DNA of 19,217 nt from Candidatus Sulfobium sp. Lineage in GTDB: Bacteria; Nitrospirota; Thermodesulfovibrionia; Thermodesulfovibrionales; UBA6898. The notes beneath the pieces were generated by a model. That model was not told where the DNA came from. It did not search any database and saw only the letters and a list, made by a program, of their open reading frames with translations. Location of the stretch: the NCBI GenBank assembly GCA_037380845.1, contig JARRRI010000055.1:1-19217 (forward strand). Direction: 5' to 3'. The translations under genes and the position numbers were made by a program. This document shows, piece by piece, positions 16,655 to 19,217 of this stretch (position 1 is its first letter; each line of letters begins with the position of its first letter).

Positions 16655-17658
16655 ACTCTGCCAGACCTTAGTGTAGCAGAATTGTAGCACGAATCCAAAA
16701 TCTCGACGCTAGATCTCAGACTTTCCGGGTAGTGATGGGAATATCTCATGGTCATTGCAATCGTCTTATGACCAAGTAATTCCTTCACTTTATAGAGATC
16801 GACCCCGTTTTGAACGAGCCTTGTAGCAAAGGTATGTCTCAGGTCATGAAAAGTGAGGTTGTGTAGCACGGCTTTGCTTATGGCCTTCTCATAGCCCTGT
16901 CTGAGACACCTCGCTGAAACCGGAAACACCCTTCCTGAAATGTCCCTGACGTTTTGGTTTCTGAGAAGCTCGTAAACCGTCCTTGACATGGGTATCGATC
17001 TCTTTTCCCCGTTTTTGGACTTAAGTATCCTTACAAGCCTTCTGTTGAAATCGACATCCGTCCATTTGAGGTTCAGGATTTCTCCCCTTCTCATTCCGGT
17101 ATGCAGGGCGAAGACAAGCACGGGTCTGAGCCATACAGGATTCCCGGCACAATCAAGGAGCCTCTTTTCCTCTTCGATGGTAAGCCAGCGTTCCCTGGCG
17201 TTCTTGTTTCCCACCGAAAAAGAGATATCGGAAACCGGATTGTCCCTCACCCATTTCCATTCCCTTCTTGCAACGTTGAACATGCGGCGCATCAGTGAGA
17301 GTTCCTGATACACAGTAGCCGGTTTGACCACCTTCAGACGGTCCCTGTGGTAATCGGAAAGGCGCTCTGTCGTGATCTCTGCAAGTGTGAGATTCCCGAA
17401 AACAGGCAAAAGCCTTGTCAGGCTCGTCCTGTCCCTTAGTCTTTCATACTTGCTCAGATATTTTTCAACCATTTCCGAAAAGAGAATCCTTTTGGCCTTA
17501 GCCCGTTCGAAATACCTGTCTTCAATTGCTTCCGTGACGACCTTTGCAAAAATCTTTTCTGCCAGTTTCCGGTTATCCGTCTTCAGGGATTCCTGAAGCC
17601 TTCTTCCGTTTATCTTCATGCTGTACCAGTAGATTTTACCTCGTCGGTAAAGCCCCAA
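16651..17658 (-). CDS. int: Tyrosine recombinase / phage-type integrase
   Basis: Arm-binding N-terminus (GLYRRGKIYW); intact catalytic R (GMRRGE), K (KSKNG), HxxR (FHDLRH), H (LLGH) and Y (MRYSH). Confidence 0.96.
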   Translation of the reverse strand: MGLYRRGKIYWYSMKINGRRLQESLKTDNRKLAEKIFAKVVTEAIEDRYFERAKAKRILFSEMVEKYLSKYERLRDRTSLTRLLPVFGNLTLAEITTERLSDYHRDRLKVVKPATVYQELSLMRRMFNVARREWKWVRDNPVSDISFSVGNKNARERWLTIEEEKRLLDCAGNPVWLRPVLVFALHTGMRRGEILNLKWTDVDFNRRLVRILKSKNGEKRSIPMSRTVYELLRNQNVRDISGRVFPVSARCLRQGYEKAISKAVLHNLTFHDLRHTFATRLVQNGVDLYKVKELLGHKTIAMTMRYSHHYPESLRSSVEILDSCYNSATLRSGRV

Positions 17659-17664
17659 TTTTTA

Positions 17665-17886
17665 TCACGCTCCCTTCCTGGGGCCTCTGGTCTGGATAAA
17701 AGGATTATACTCCGAAACAGGGGTCTTTTTGCACTCCCTTATCCAGTTCTGAATATCCGCCAGATCGAACCGGAGAGAACCGTTGAGCTTGATACAGGGG
17801 ATCTGGCCCAGTTCGGCCCACTGGTAAAGGGTGGAGGGCTTTACATTAAGGATCTCTGAGATTTCTTTGACCGTGACAAGCTTCAT
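17665..17886 (-). CDS. xis: Excisionase-like helix-turn-helix protein (HTH_17/MerR-type)
   Basis: LVTVKEISEILNVKPSTLYQWAELGQIPCIKLNGSLRF; directly upstream of int; the ATG at 17886 overlaps the upstream TAA (TAATG). Confidence 0.88.
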   Translation of the reverse strand: MKLVTVKEISEILNVKPSTLYQWAELGQIPCIKLNGSLRFDLADIQNWIRECKKTPVSEYNPFIQTRGPRKGA

Positions 17887-18008
17887 TATCCTGATAGCCA
17901 TTTATTGGAAGTCTCGATTTGTTTATAGAGGAAATAACCGGCGATTCCTACGAGCGCGATCAGAATCACCCAGCCTATTGGTCTTATCTCCCATCCGGTC
18001 TGGTTCAT
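17886..18008 (-). CDS. 40-aa single-pass membrane microprotein
   Basis: RBS AAGGGAGG; ATGA overlap upstream and TAATG overlap downstream; TM helix IGWVILIALVGIAGYFLY. Confidence 0.7.
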   Translation of the reverse strand: MNQTGWEIRPIGWVILIALVGIAGYFLYKQIETSNKWLSG

Positions 18009-18439
18009 CTGGCCTCCCTTGGAATACCTTTTAACACCGCCTGCTGTTCTCTGTAGATCAGTTTCAGACACCCCGGACAATAAACCCCTGCATGCTTCAC
18101 CCCGATTATGAAATCAAATTCCGGCGAAATGCGGGCTTCTTTCTTTGGCAACTGATAACCGCATCTCGGACAGGTGAAGTGTTTTGCCTTCTTGCTTTCG
18201 CAAAGAGGGCAATCCGGATTATCGCATCCTATTGTCTCGAAATAGTGAAGCCGATTAATTCCCTTGTCGGAGAGGATATAGCCTATTGCGGTTCTTTCCA
18301 GAAGCCCCTGTTTGGCAAGGTACGAAAGGTAAGAACGTGCAGTTCCCTGAGAGTAATTAAACTGCTCATTGATATCCTTTGCCCGTACCTTCTCCTTGCC
18401 TTTGATGAATCTTAAAGTCTGATGTTTGTTCGTTTTCAT
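18005..18439 (-). CDS. Winged-helix DNA-binding protein with C-terminal Cys-rich zinc-binding domain
   Basis: wHTH pattern (TARSYLSYLAKQGLLER...YILSDKG) followed by CDNPDCPLC, CPRC and CPGC; RBS AAAGGAG. Confidence 0.75.
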   Translation of the reverse strand: MKTNKHQTLRFIKGKEKVRAKDINEQFNYSQGTARSYLSYLAKQGLLERTAIGYILSDKGINRLHYFETIGCDNPDCPLCESKKAKHFTCPRCGYQLPKKEARISPEFDFIIGVKHAGVYCPGCLKLIYREQQAVLKGIPREAR

Positions 18440-18454
18440 ATAAATTTCTCCTTT

Positions 18455-18503
18455 AAAAATGAAAAAGCCAAATACCCTGTATTTCTTCAGGGAATTTGGC
18501 TTT
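18455..18503 (-). terminator. Intrinsic terminator/attenuator inside the element
   Basis: Minus strand AAAGCCAAAT-TCCCTG-loop-CAGGGT-ATTTGGCTTT followed by TTCATTTTT. Confidence 0.7.
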
Positions 18504-18532
18504 CTTGTCTTCGAGAGACTTATTTGCCTTAC

Positions 18533-18715
18533 TTAGAAACTAATCAGTGTCTTGCAACTTGGGCACTTAACAATATACCCATCTCTTTTCGAGACCTTAA
18601 GTAACCTTGTCTTGATCAAGAATCCATCCTCTTCCAAGACTTTAATTTGCTTGCCGCATATGCTGCATTTGCCGTTATGAAGAAGAACGGCTTTTTTATT
18701 TATGGTCTGATTCAT
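18533..18715 (-). CDS. Small zinc-ribbon protein (2x CxxC, Com-like architecture)
   Basis: 60 aa, basic, with CSIC and CPSC; overlaps the upstream ORF. Confidence 0.7.
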   Translation of the reverse strand: MNQTINKKAVLLHNGKCSICGKQIKVLEEDGFLIKTRLLKVSKRDGYIVKCPSCKTLISF

Positions 18716-19169
18716 TCTTCTTGATATTCTGTACCAAAATCTTTTCCGTCTTTTCCAGTTCCGACTGAATTTTCAGAAAGGACTCTTTTGCAAAGGCCAT
18801 TGATGTGAAATTGAAGGCAAACGACTCAATCAGCTCTCTTAGGTCTTTAATAATCCTTTTTTGCTCATCGCTGTCTTCGGCTTTAAACTTGCCCATATTG
18901 TCGGCAATCAGTTTCCCCATTTCTAAAGCATATCCAGACACCGAACCCCTATAGGAAGGAGAAACTGTATCAACATTATTTAAAACAGCTCTCACCAGAT
19001 CTTCGATCAGATAGGTCATGTGTAGTGGGAGACCTTCTGGATCAGTTGCCGAGGGCGAGACAAAATCACTTACGAACATGGGTAACTGGTATTCCAGCTC
19101 CCTGATTAACGCCGCTTTCTTGGCTTTCTCCCAATATTTAGGATCTTTCTCTTGTGCCTCTGCAATCAT
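18696..19169 (-). CDS. Hypothetical alpha-helical protein of the element
   Basis: 157-aa ORF co-oriented with and overlapping the next gene; no recognisable family; start uncertain. Confidence 0.6.
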   Translation of the reverse strand: MIAEAQEKDPKYWEKAKKAALIRELEYQLPMFVSDFVSPSATDPEGLPLHMTYLIEDLVRAVLNNVDTVSPSYRGSVSGYALEMGKLIADNMGKFKAEDSDEQKRIIKDLRELIESFAFNFTSMAFAKESFLKIQSELEKTEKILVQNIKKNESDHK

Positions 19170-19217
19170 AGACTCTACAGCATATTTTGATTCCCAAAAA
19201 TGCCCTTCTATAAATGA

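Larger units (their letters stand above)
16618..19217 (-). mobile_element. Integrative element / prophage-like island (continues beyond the window)
   Basis: int and xis adjacent to a tRNA; co-oriented, overlapping small ORFs; visibly more AT-rich than the flanking host genes. Confidence 0.85.

Noticed and set aside
1..19217. CRISPR array, rRNA, or selenocysteine/stop-readthrough genes
   Set aside because: No regularly spaced repeat-spacer units or rRNA-like sequence seen, and the recognised genes end at family-typical positions.

Overview
GC-rich bacterial chromosome segment; the gene style suggests Nitrospirota or a deltaproteobacterial lineage, which is inference only. Left part (1-8600): Flp pilin, comM/yifB ATPase, CBS-pair protein, orphan GT-C glycosyltransferase, trxB, a J-domain protein, an rseC-like gene, a single-domain response regulator and a small His/Cys protein, with MITE/REP repeats in between. 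Middle (8605-15621): a coupled operon of an archaeal-type asparagine-synthetase-family amidotransferase, a nitrilase-family hydrolase and a trehalose/maltose-type sugar ABC importer. It is followed by a deletion scar joining a frameshifted proV/opuAA start to the end of a porin gene. Right end (16531-19217): tRNA-Leu(CAA) with a more AT-rich integrative element (tyrosine integrase, excisionase, Zn-finger proteins) lying on the tRNA's 5' side and apparently supplying its promoter. Best candidates for something new: (1) an unannotated structured RNA at about 7544-7654 with anti-Shine-Dalgarno loops, downstream of four helically phased TTAA(G/T) boxes; (2) the amidotransferase + amidase + sugar ABC operon; (3) the 5'-side tRNA integration.
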